Source of the DNA: Botryllus schlosseri
Taxonomy: Eukaryota
Length of the DNA: 64,000 bases
Assembly: GCA_051294905.1 (NCBI GenBank)
Contig: CM119375.1
Coordinates: 15,500,001 to 15,564,000, forward strand
Reading direction: 5' to 3'
Within the stretch, counting starts at the first letter, position 1. Every line of letters starts with the position of its first letter. This document shows positions 35,011-48,000 of this stretch, in pieces. The position numbers and the translations under genes are program-made. The notes under the pieces were generated by a model that saw only the letters and a list, made by a program, of their open reading frames with translations, was not told the origin of the DNA and made no database searches.

Positions 35011-36114
35011 AATTAGAAACTGCGGTATGAGCACAAAGTTTCCAATCATATACCAAATCAATTGCACGGGTGTGACTCGTATGAGCCTGTCTTGTAGTTT
35101 GCAAAGTAGAGGCCTACAATCAGATAGGCTACCTAGTGACACAATTCTTGGTGCTATTATTTGCTGCATTTCGTACTGGATACTCATTCTTTGTATATAT
35201 ACTTAATATTAATACAGTGCAAGCCAGAAGCCCAAAACTCACAAGGAACCCGTCAATCGCTTTTGCGGATCCTTTAATAGATAGTTTTATTTTGTATAAT
35301 GACTGCAGTCAATGGTGCTTCTATAAAACTCGAATTTCTCACTTGGTATGATCGAAGTGTAAAGACTTCCTACACTATTTGACTCACAGCTCGCGTGAAA
35401 ATAAACAATAAAACATAGTAAAGCCGACCACATAACGGACCGAGTTCGAAGTCGGCGTTCAGAAGTCCGGATTTTTATCGGATCATTGAACCATGAGTGA
35501 GAAAGGGCCAATGCCACGGTTGACTTTGGTCAAGACGGCGTGGGCTAGCACTTAGCAGTACGTGCAAAACAAAGTGATGGTGACCTACTTTGGATTCTAC
35601 TTGCCTAGATATGAGTATATCTGTACCTTTTCTTGCGGCGTTAAAAAATGCCCAGAGAAAGACCCGATGACGGACTAATGCAAAGAATACAATGAAAAGA
35701 ACGAGGGATCGTCGAACGCCAGACACCAAATCAAGATCGACGGCTGTTATATCAGGCATTAATAATGATAATAGCTGTAGGCAGACTTGAATGTTAAATT
35801 GCAAGACCTTACTTCGTCGTTTCGACATCCTCCTATCTGTTCATTACATCGCATTGTATCTCGGGTGGATCAAAATGATAATGGTGATGACAGTGGAATT
35901 ATTGAGACTCTTTCGTAGGATCATAGCATGGTTGAATACAAGAATATCAAGTACAGCTTACGGCACATAGCGGTTTGTAAAGGCTATGGTTCAAATCACG
36001 GTTGAAGTGCGGACTGAGGGTGTTGTTGTCGAGTGTAGCCATTTGTGACGCAACAATACGTGTCTATTTTTTTACTCGCAACATTTTATATCTTCCTTCA
36101 CTAAAACACCGAAA

Positions 36115-37658
36115 ATGCAAGGGAAGAAGCTAAGCTTATATTCCGAGCCATATTACCCTCCTGGGTACTGTGGGTATACGCCACAGTTTAACTTCCAGTT
36201 TGGAGACACATACGGAAAGACTACGTCTCGTCTGCTCAAAGATGGAAGCGTGTCCAAATCGCGAAAATCGGTGCTTGTGGATTTGTTTCCAGATCAAGAA
36301 GGCGATAATGACGGCACAACGAGTGTGAACGACTGTACTCGCCTAAAAAGACTGAGTTGGGGAGATCATAAACTAACTCACAAAATGGTACCGGGGTACA
36401 CCGGATATATTCCAACAGGAGAGCACCACTTCGGAAGCAGGTGATCAATTTTGGGGAATGAAATAGGCCGTGTTTAGCTATTTACCTAACTTAGGGTTAC
36501 CATACGTCCTCTTTTAAAGAGGATTTGTCCTCTTTTTTGACTTTTTTGAAAGTGTCCTAGGAGGACGCCCATTTGTCCTCTTTTTTGAGATTTTGTCCTC
36601 TTATTTGAAAATTTAGGTCAGATTTAGAGCAAATTGCGAGTGATATGCCGTAAATTAGCACAGAAGTGACGCTCCGGCGGGTATTTCGGAGCGAAAAAGG
36701 TGATATTAGCCCTGAGCGAAAAGAAGACTTTTTTTTTTAGTCAACCGATCACAAAGTGGGAAAAAATTCACCGGTTTTTGAGAATTCTTCTCTGGTTTTG
36801 CAAGTCTCAAATTTTTGAAAAAGCGTCCTCTTTTTAGATTTCCAAAATATGGTAAGACTAACCTAACTAGGATGACCGAAAAGCGTTCTCCGTGGTGAGT
36901 CACTTTTTATCCGGTAATATACGCGACAATTTCACAGATACGCACAAATATGTGACAATGCGGTCTCTCAGTTCCACAACAACCAGCGCATCGCGCACCA
37001 GGAGAGGTTAAAGAGTTCGGCTTACCGAAAGAAACCGCCTTTAGTACGGAAGCAGAAGGACGCCGCTCCCTACGTATCAATCAATCAGACGCAGCATTCA
37101 ATATCCCCCTATTTTATGAGCGAACATGACCCCGACAAAACGTTCATGTCCGGATACACGGGTTTTATTCCACGATCGCGACCAAGGCAAGTCATTAATA
37201 ATGTTCAATGACATTCATTCTTTAGTATTATTTTCATCGATTCACAAGATTACAAAATTGCATGCGATACAACGAATTTTTGATTTGGCGGTCCCTCGTA
37301 AACGCTTGCGATTGCCTACACCTCACGTTCGTATACATATAAATGCATAATCAATTAACCATCTATCTAACTTTACAGGTTTGCTTTAGGGTACCCACGT
37401 CTCACAAAACGCGCTTTGCAAGAATTCACTCGCGAACAGCAATCATTCAAAGCGAACGCGTTAGTCGATGTTGATGTGAGCGGGCAGCGACCGCCCACTA
37501 CGAAGGAAAGAGATTCCTGGGCGCAAGCGCATTCGATATACGTAAAGAACGGCCTGTTACCTCAATATACGGGATATCTGCCCGGACATAAATTTAGGTT
37601 CGGTGACACGTACGGAACCAGCGCGAGATATTTCCATTCAACAAAGTGTTCCGATTAA
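36115..37658 (+). CDS. FAM166B: FAM166B/CIMIP2-like ciliary microtubule inner protein, 3 exons, 284 aa
   Basis: Exons 36115-36440, 36938-37186 and 37379-37658 are in frame (intron 2 has a GC donor). Repeated motifs PGYCGYTPQ..FGDTYG, PGYTGYIP, SGYTGFIP and PQYTGYLPG..FGDTYG. Confidence 0.85.
36492..36860. mobile_element. hAT-type MITE in FAM166B intron 1
   Basis: Ends tagggttaccata / tatggtaagacta; perfect TSD ACCTAACT; gtcctctttt repeats. Confidence 0.85.
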
Positions 37659-39025
37659 TGGTGCGAGATGAAATAAAGCGTATGTGTGCACTGTGCATGT
37701 CGAGTCTATATATATCCATTTAAATACGGCAGCGCCACTCCGTATGTGCAACTACTAACGGCCCGAAGACTTACCCGCAAAACTGGTACCCACGCCTTCT
37801 TTCTTCAGCGCTCGGCGCCCTGACACGTTGATGGTGCGAAAAAAGGCATCTTCCTTCACCATATGCTCCGGCTTATTGAATAAGTCGTTGATCTTTTAGA
37901 CTTTACAGCCGCTTGATCCACGCACTGTCAGTTTCAAAAAACTATTTTGGGCACTCGGTAGGGTTGGTTTAGTCGCGGTACCTTGTCAGGTGGTGTTAGA
38001 CGGGTTCTAGTCCATCAAAACGCGCACATATAGTTACGTTCGACAGTCTGCGATGTCTCATCCGAATCTTCTCATGAATTGGGAAATACTCAAGAACAAG
38101 TTGAAGCATAGCCTACTCAATTTCTACAAGGTAGTTATTTACAGGCCACGACAAATTTACTAAACACAAGACTTGGAAGTGGGCAATGAGAGCCTCGGGT
38201 CTAACGGCCATGCACCTCGCGAAATTACATTCAGCCGCCGGAGCACACAGGCCTAGAAGACTTCGGTCATATCGGGTCTCCCAGTCTATACCGTGTAGAA
38301 TATAAAAAATGTACTATTAGACGTGAATGTTTGTGGACAATGGATATCGCCTATACTATATTTCATGGTTGACGAATAAAAGAATTCTCTCTCTCTCTGA
38401 ACTCATCATCAAAAACTACTATTCACTTAACAGTATCTAAAAGCACGAGAGTAAGTGGTGCAAGTAGACGAAACCTATACGAGTGTTCAAGAAGTTTTAT
38501 CCTACTTCTACATGGGAAACCTTGATGAACTCTGCTTGGAACTGACAGGAACTTCGAAAACTTGAGACATCAGACACAAAAGCAGATGGGTTAGGTAAAT
38601 TCATACCTCAACAGCTGCGATGCTACCATGTTTCAGTACTTTTTCAATGAAACCCCTTTGGAATCAGAGTGATGATAATATTAAAGAAACGGCGTAAGAA
38701 GAAAGGCAGTGAAAAGAATTTGATCACATAGACAGAACAATAATGCAATACATAGGCAGTGATTACAGAATTTGAATTTCGCCACATCCAGCGTTAGCCC
38801 CATCATGGGAACACTTTTACACACCATTACTTATGACAAGCGCAAAAACTCGGAATAAACAGGCGTTCGCGGTGACGACGCTCTGCAGCAGTAAATTGGG
38901 GCAAAGAACAACAGAGCAAATGAGCGAGAAATTGCAGTGTGTGAACCCAGGTATTGTCTCAACGCATCTATCGGTCTTTGTAAGTTAACGTGGCTTCAGT
39001 ACAAACATTAGCAAAATGGGTCCTT

Positions 39026-42000
39026 TCACTGTTGCTTACAATCAGCCGTGTCTATCGTATTCTCAAAACCCCGCCTCTTTTGAGGTTTCCCCGTTTCCTT
39101 GCAGTCACTATTCACATTGGCTTCCGTTTTCACGTCTTCCGTGATTTTGTGCTCGATTGTTTTTTCAGCCAGAGGCTGTCGGCCGTGTTTCGTGCTTGTG
39201 CCTTCAGACACACATTTCCCTGCCGGAGCTCTGACCTTGGGTGTGTCGCCGGCCGGGGCTTCGTTTTCTTTGTCTGCGTCTTCCAACTCTGTTTTGGACG
39301 AGACATCTGAAACTGTGTGATATCAAAGTTGATATAAAAGGAACACGAGCATAAGGTCTTTTGATGGGTGGATAGAAATAAATCGAGAAATCGATCTGAC
39401 AAATGACTACGTGTCAGAATACCAAATATTTACATGCATTCCTCGTTAGAAAAAAAAGTGTGGTTGGTCATCAAGGTGGTCAAGTAGTAATCAGTGGTAC
39501 TATAGTGGTAAAGTAATGTCGTAACTTCCTACTCAAGCACAAGTAGATAGCCTAAAAAACAGAAAACGGTAGAGTAAAAGTAGTCAAAAATCACAATCAA
39601 AGCTACTTGCGTACTTCGAAAAAGCAGAAGTACGTAGTTACTGACGACATCTGATTGAAACTAAACTGTTTCATAGGGCGCTGCGGACGCACTGAGATGT
39701 CAACAGTCACGGCCAGTGGTCTTGAATATATTACAATATATTTATCTGTAGACTGCAACGTCCGATAGGCGCATAAGTACCAGGAAACGCCGCCAAAATA
39801 TGTGTCACATGATCGCATTCGCAACAATACACAATTGTCTCGGTCAATCTGAACCTGTCAAAATGTCTGATGTGTACGGTAACTTATACTTTGTTCCGGA
39901 AGATGAGCAGATGAGCTATACCTTTTTTGAATCCAATAGTAATCTATTTTACACCCATGAAAGATTGTTATGAAACAAGCACCCCACATACGACACCAGA
40001 GTGAAATGCACGTACGAAGATATTAGGAGCGGGACACCAGATTGTAACGGTTGAGTCACTTGAAAAGGGTGCCTATCTGAATAACTTTGATACTACTGAA
40101 ATTTGCTTCTGTTCGCAGAAAAACAGTACAAATAAGTTTACCGTTCTCATTATTTTCGGTACTGTCCGTAGATGGTTCGTTACCGCAAACACGCTCTTCG
40201 AAGCGATTGTTATTCATTTCTGTAGGCAAAAGAACATCAATGAAACACAAACAAGCAACGATAACAAGCAGCATGTACCGCGGTCACTTTGTGGATAGGC
40301 TTCTCTACAGGGCAGTTTTTCTGAAGCGAACGAGTCCAGGTCCATCTTCTTACCGTCTACAAGACAAGCGAGCGCACTCAAATACATATCACCGAACTCA
40401 GGTGAACAACAGAATATTTCAATGCGGACCGAACTTCATGATTCGGCCACAATATTTAAAGATGTACTAAACCCAAGAGAAATTGCACGAAGTCGCGATT
40501 TGAAATTCAACGAGGGGGCGCAGAATCGCATAGAAGAGAGACGCAAAAATCCAGAACACCTTCATGGTTCATTTTCCATTTGTCGAATTCCAGCTGGAGT
40601 CGGTACCGGGCCGCGTTGGCCGCGTCAAGAAGCTTGCCCTGTTCGAAAATATCTTTCTGCATGGCGGTGACTTTCTTGGCTTCGAGCGTCGAATAGATCT
40701 TGTTGAGTCGCAGCTCTTCGCGGACCTTTGCCAGTTCGTCACTGACGCATATTGACAGAGAATTAAACACAACGGAGAACATTTCTTTCATCGCAGCCAA
40801 ATCAAGCACGCCGTGGCTACGCTACACTGAAATGACGATTTTCCGTTTACTCAAATGTATGTTAATTTTCAGGCAGTTACAACTACTCAAAAATGCTAGC
40901 AGAGCATCGAATTGGCACAAAAACCAATAGTGAATAACTCAGCCATACTAGTCTTATTTTCAAAACGACTCAAATCACGCAGGTAAATTGATATGACCAA
41001 ACAATAGCGTTGGGACCACGGGAAATCCTGATCCCGGGATCCCAGGATTTGCAGCAATCCCGATCCCGGGATTATTCACAATGAAATCCCAGGATTTGTA
41101 AATAGCATCTACCAAGGCTTACGTAGCACAATATCTCTTCTTTTTGTAATGAAGCAGTGTCACAAACTCGGCTGATTGTCTAAAACTGTGGTTTCAAACA
41201 CGCGGCCCGCGAGAACATTTTTTGTGGCCCGCGTCGACATTTTGACTTTTCAAGTATTCGACAATATTTAACTGGAAAATTTCTTATTTCGGAACTTGAA
41301 AGTCACTCTAAAACCACTCCAAAAACCTGAATCGCTATCACATGTCAAATGTACGCTAGCTGCGAAATTATAATGCGACAGCTGTTACGATGACATGGCA
41401 CATTTATCGTCGCGCATGGTGTCTAACTGTCCATAACTCATTGTTTCGCCAAGTTATGCCAAGCACAACAATATTTTTAATAAAATATTTAAAAAAATAT
41501 GACTTTTTCGTGGCAAACGTGAATATTACAATAGTGAATCAGATTTTCACAATGTGTATGGAATGCCAGTCTGCAAGGTCCGTCAAATAAGGCCTACTTG
41601 GAAAGACACATTATACCCCTATTTGATGCAGCGGCCCACCGCGTCATCAGAAACTACGAAATTGACCCGCGAACAAATTGAGTTTGAGACCCCTGGTCTA
41701 AACGATGATACTCTTGATGCTCTTATGTTTTTGCATCAATATTACAAGGAATTAGGTGTTGTTTGAGTGACTTGTATGTGTATTTTACTACTTTTCCAAT
41801 CCCGGAAAATCCCGGGATTGAGAAGTGAAAATCCCGATTTCAAATTTGATCCCGAAGTCCCAACCCTACCAGACAACAATAGTTCAACGACACCAGCCGC
41901 TAGACAGTAAAGCCTCACTTTTTCGTTTTCAATTCATTCTCCATCATCTTCGCAACGGGCCCACTGTCTCCCAGGCGACTGTTTTTGGCCTCTTCTAGAT

Positions 42001-45000
42001 TATCGACCTGAGATATAAAAGGAAGACGATATGTAAGCTTAGTGGGTCAATCAACCACAAACCGGCATATAAACTTCTAAATAACGCTGGAAACAAGGAC
42101 ACACGACCAGCTATCTGAAATGGCCACTCGGGACATCATGAAAAGATTTTTCTGGACTGAAGTAGAAGTCGAGCTAATCAAAGTATTAGGATTAGCTGAC
42201 AGGCTTCGTAACCTGGAAGTGCGGTCATGGGGGTATGAGATCTTCCGGAATCCACAGACACACGAATATATTTCAGACGTTGATGCGAAGTAGATTTAGC
42301 GATAAATCTCTTCAAACGCGTGTGTAAGGCGCTTTTATACTCGAGCTAAATTACAACAGGACATAACAATAGTCCATAATCGCGGCACGGTGTGGAGCGA
42401 TATCCAAACGTAGTATTGACTTCATGGGATACACACTCGCAGCCAGGGTTGTAATGACTCGAGTCACGATTTTCTGAGGACTAGACTTGACTCGAGTCAT
42501 TTCCTCAAAATACGGAAATGACTCGACTCGAGTCATTGCGCATGACTCGAACCAAGTCATATGACTTGAGATTCAGACAGCCAAGACCGATATTTCATTG
42601 AAATTTCGAAGAAAAATAAATTAACCACACTAATGCGACCAGAAACTGCTCAAAGTGAGGAAAATTAGTATGTTATAAATGCGAACCATTACATATCACC
42701 AAACAGAGTGATAAAAAGTGGATTTAACATGACTTTAACTGGAAACTGATCAATCAACACAAGGACTTAGACTCGAGTAATAATACCATGACTCGGACTC
42801 GACACTCTCTTCGCTGACTTGGACTCGGACCTGCCAAACAGACCCGCGGCCTGTTCCAGAGAGGTCATGTCACAGAACCCCAGCAGACAACATTCAATCC
42901 CAAAACAACACAACGTATCACCCACCAGTTCACGCAGCGCTTTCAGTTCCGACAGCAATTTCGTATTCTCTGCCCGGCTGCTAGAGAGAGAGTCATCCAG
43001 TGATTTCACCAGACGCTCGTCGGTAGTTTTCGAACTCGTTTGAAGCAACGTCGAAATTTGCATCTGTCAAAGAAAAACGCAAAGGCGTTTGGGGATCGAA
43101 AACAGGTCGACGAGGTAACCTAAAAATACCTTCAACTTCAAGACATAATGCCGCAGTCGGTCGTTTTCACGTTGCGTCGATTTGTATTTGGCGGAGAGAC
43201 TGAAAACGGAACGACTGACAAAATCAGATTCAGCACGCATTCAAATTTCGCATAGAATATTTGAATCCCACAACGTGCACCCAAGGTTGCTCAGGCGTTC
43301 AGCACTTGCTGCACACGGTGTACTGAATTTTACGTTGGAAATGGAATGACTGTAATTAACCCTACTCCCGCGGTCGGCCTCCAGGCCAAATTTTAATGCA
43401 TCAACCAAAAAGTTCATGAAACGCGGACAACGGGACTTGAACCAACGCCCAATATATCGCCGTGATCAGGAAATAGAAGCCTAACCAACTGAGCTACTCA
43501 GAAGGCTCAGGCGAGAGAGGTGACGATGATATTGAAACCAGTCTACGCGATTTCTCAAAAGTGAAAGAGAAATTTGTTTTTCGTTTTCCCGTGACGTGAT
43601 ACATAATCCTTCCCATGGTGAATGACCATGTAGTTGTCTTACATATCAATTTCGGCATTCAAACCAGACATTACTGAGCTTGAAATCTTTACGCAGCCGA
43701 GCGCACCGCCAGTGGGAAGTTTTCGTTATAAGCGTTACTCACGGCCGCCGCTGATTACGTCATCGCGATAGAGGCAACGCGCGTTGTAATTCGTGTTTGT
43801 TTGGCTATGCCTGGTCCAGTTATATAAGTCCAAATCCATGTTACTGATCTTATAGATACTATTGATCGTACATAACTAACAAAATATTCAATTTGCAACT
43901 GCACAAGGCCATCGTAAGTAAATATATTGCCTTGATTGACACTTCTCATAGGCGCGCGATTTCTCTTGTTGCTTCATTTCATATCAATTTGAAACGTGTT
44001 CTACACATCGAATGTCCGATACAGGTTCGTCAGTATATGGGCATATGATCAACATCAATTCATTGAAGTCTACAGTAACTTCGTATAACATATAAAACGG
44101 ATGATTCAGCTGTCTGTATGATGTTGTTATTACAGGCGCAAGTACCGTACACTCGCGCCAACTTACACACCCATGTCTGCTGTGTTTAGCACTGGCGTCG
44201 TGTAACTTATATAAGACCAACCTTCGTGATACTGATCTTGTTGAAGTGTTATGGACTGCATCTAACTATGTGTGTGACATTCAACTGTATAAGACAATCG
44301 TAAGTGAATGTATATGGCCTTATGCGGCAATGCTCATACGTGCATGGCTTTTTTCACGTAACAGAATATTGCTTTATTTCCCACCAATTTGAAGCGTGTT
44401 CTATCCAACTAATTCCCGATATTATGGTTGCAATGAGCTCTTGCGATCAACAACTACTCTAAAACGACAACTGTGTCTGCTTACGACCTGTAGAACGGAA
44501 GATATAAGGAATTATAAGATTAGCGTTCATTCAGGCGAACTGAGCTTGCGGGAAACGTTTTTCTGTATTCAATCTGCATTTTGAACAGGTTATGCCATAA
44601 GGCAATGGGTTATATATAGCTGGTCGTATGCGTATCGACAATCGCTATTTATAGAAGATCATTGTAACCGTTTATGACCCCTACAACGCAAGATGTCGTT
44701 AATTGATTGAAGCGTGTTTGTGAAAAACTGTGCATGGATCCTCTAGGATCCACCCGCAGCGAAAGGGTTAAATATGAAAGCCATGCATCAATATTGTAGT
44801 GGATGGAAAAATGAACGCTTCACTGAATACGAGCGTGAATTGTAGCACTTGGTGAATTTGAGATTGGAAATGTAATAGCTATTATTATTATTATGAAAGC
44901 TGCATCAATATTGTATTAATAGATTCGAAAATTTGTTTCACTGAATCTAAGCATGGATCGTGATATATGGCACTTTGCCAGGGAAGGTTAGGGATAGGAT

Positions 45001-48000
45001 CACTGGTTACAGCAGAGGTCTCAAACTCAAATGTACTCGCGGGCCAATTTCCTAGTTTTTGATGACGCCGTGGGCCGCAGCATGTATAATAGGGATTTTC
45101 GATGCATAATTTCCAAGTAGGCCTTATTTGACGGACCTTGTATATATACAGGCATTCCACAAACACCGTGGAAATGTAATTTACTATTGGAAAAATATCA
45201 CGTTTTAAAATATTTGAATAAAATTGATTTTGTGCTGGACCTAATTTCTTTAATTAATGAGTTAAAGACGTCATACGAGTGGATGCACCATGACATCGTA
45301 AAACTGTCGGGTTATTATATTGCAGCTAGTAGGTAACTTTGACGTGCTACAATTTTATGTGGAATATTTTAAAATGTACTGAAGATTGATCTGATATTAG
45401 AGCATTTGAGCGGTGTGGCCTAATCCCGGTTTTGATATAGTCGTGATAAGCATAAGCTATTGTTATCGCCAAAGTCAAATTAAATCAACGTTAGATTTTG
45501 CCTTCCATTATTATTGGAACATATCAATAACAACTTAAATATAATCATTATTGAGCCATTGTAATGTGTTTCCTAAACTTTTTAGCGATCGTACCCCTTC
45601 CTTCCAATGAGATTTCTCGTAGCCCCTGTCTATTTTAAACAAAATTGTTGCGATTTCAGTGATTTTTATAGTAGTTTTTGGATGAACTCCAAGTTCTTAT
45701 ATCTAAAAAGGATATGTCACTTGAATATATGTTGACTACTTGAAATTTCAAAATGCTCTCGCGGGCCGCGTGTTTGAGACCTCTGGGTTACAGCATCAGA
45801 TACTTACCCGATCGCTATTTTCTCGGCGTGAACTCTCTTATCCTCCACTTCTGCGAAGAGCGAATTCCCTTTGGTGCCGATGCTGCTGGTTTGCCCGGCA
45901 TTTATCTTCTCTCGGAGTTCCGTGTTCTCTTCCCTACAGCTCTGAAAACCGGCAGCACCACCATATCAACAAATTTCGACCGATCTTCGTATCAAGTCAC
46001 TACTGCGAAAATATGACGGCTTCGCAGCCGTGATTCCAAAGAGTTTGTTTTCATACACACAGAGGTGGTGGCCATAGTGGTAATTACGACAAGAGGTAGC
46101 AGGCAAGACATCCGGGTGCGTGCCTATTCGGTATCTGAACCTATATAATTGATAGATTCTCGTTCGCAAACCAACCGTGTTCTATCCTGCATACATTTTT
46201 GTGGAATACCCGTATTTTCCAGTAATCTGAACATCGATGATCAGAATTCCTCAAAAGGTCCTAGCCTTATGAAGTTATTTGGTGTGTTCCATCTGTCAAA
46301 TGCGCATTATCAAAGCATGTCAGTTGCAGTAAAGAATTTCCTCCCATCTCTCATATCTTTAACGAGATGACGACAGTTTATAAACCTTTTGTACGAATGT
46401 CTCAATATTGTATCCATTAAAAATCAAATGGCGATTTAATAATAATATTAGTGATCTCAAACATGTCTTTTACTTCATTAATCGCATCCACGTGAAAATA
46501 TGAAGGGGTAAAACATACCTCTATCATTTCGTAACAAGATGACAATTCATTTTGTATTCTTTCTTTCTCATATTTCCAATTCTCCTCCTTCATTTTCAAC
46601 GATTCCATCTTGACAACAAAATAAGAAATGAATAACGGAAGCTTAGCAGTGACGAAATTGATCGAACAGTGGTGTGGGGATGCGGCATATTTTCACGCAA
46701 GGCAATAGAAAATACCAATATTTGCCTCTTTAATTTAACACTTGTGGCAAGCGGGTATTTCTTTACATGCGTATAATCATTACAGGCAAGCGGCCAATAT
46801 GGTTCAACCGTTACACCGATCGTCTCATAGGTCAGATTTTGCAGACGAGATTCCTGCCGGCTGTCTCTCAGAACTTAGCCATTGGCGAGCAAAAACCAGT
46901 GCCAGCCCCATGCTCAGGTAAATGGTTGGGCAGGGTTGTGGTAGGAACGGCGTCAGGCATAAAACTTCAGCCAAATCATCATTCAGATCACTGATACGTT
47001 ATGGCAAACCCACGCACAGGCTAGATTATTGCTCAAGTTTAGATGGGGTCAACTTCACATGCTAATCTCACTACATCTATAGAGAATCTAAGATAGTAAA
47101 GATATTTCGTTTGCATGGTTACAAAGGAGATGAGTGTTTGTGCAGTTAAAATGAATTAACACCAATGTTAACCAAGGTAGCTTTCACACCAAAATGATTG
47201 GCTGCCACAGTGAGTCAACTTCAGTGCATTTTCATGGTAAAAACTTGTTCATCTCACCTCGCCCTGCAGTTGTTCGACGGACTGAGTCAGTTCATGCTCT
47301 CGCATCACGGCCTCCTGTACCTCCAACTTCAGGTTGCAGTTTTCGCTTACGAGTTCTGCGTATTCGCCTTGAAGCGTGTCGTTCAAGCTGGCAAACAAGG
47401 CGTAAAGGATCAGACTTGAATAGCTCGAATAGGTCAATGCTTGTACAAGAGTCAAGACGTCATGAAATTTACAAATTAAATATGTGTGGCACTTCGTAAG
47501 GCCACGGTGGCTAAACTGAAACACCGCACAGTGTCAGCATAGAATGAAGCATCCTGTAAGTTCTAAATAACCTACTATAGGTATCATGGAATAAAAATGC
47601 TTCGATGTCTATCACGACAAGAGAGCATTATTCTGTGAAAATCAGGTGGCATGACAAAGGTCTTGATTTTTGATATATATGACAATCGGTTCCTAAGGTA
47701 ATGAGGACCAAGACGTTGGTCCTGCATGGTTCTGCGAGTTGATGGGTGGATAGTAGGCTGTGGCGCCATATTTTTAAAATACAGTCTGACTATTATGAAG
47801 AGATACCGAGTCTGAAACCAGGCACCAGTTAATGCAAATCTTATACCGGCTAGTATCATAGTACTGCTCTTGCAGCGTATATACACACTCTACAATTTTC
47901 AAAGTATCCATCTCCAATCAACTGCTACCCTACGTCCAAATCTACTTTGTGAAACTACTGACCTACATACTTTTCACAATTGATTTTCTCCTTACACTTG

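Noticed and set aside
37775-37895. Exon-like open stretch on the minus strand (KINDLFNKPEH..GTSFAG|gtaagt)
   Set aside because: No partner exons or family could be identified; it may be chance. RNA-seq would be needed.
43425-43503. tRNA gene (also 55641-55725)
   Set aside because: A- and B-box-like motifs are present, but there is no acceptor or anticodon stem; these are better explained as SINE-type relics.
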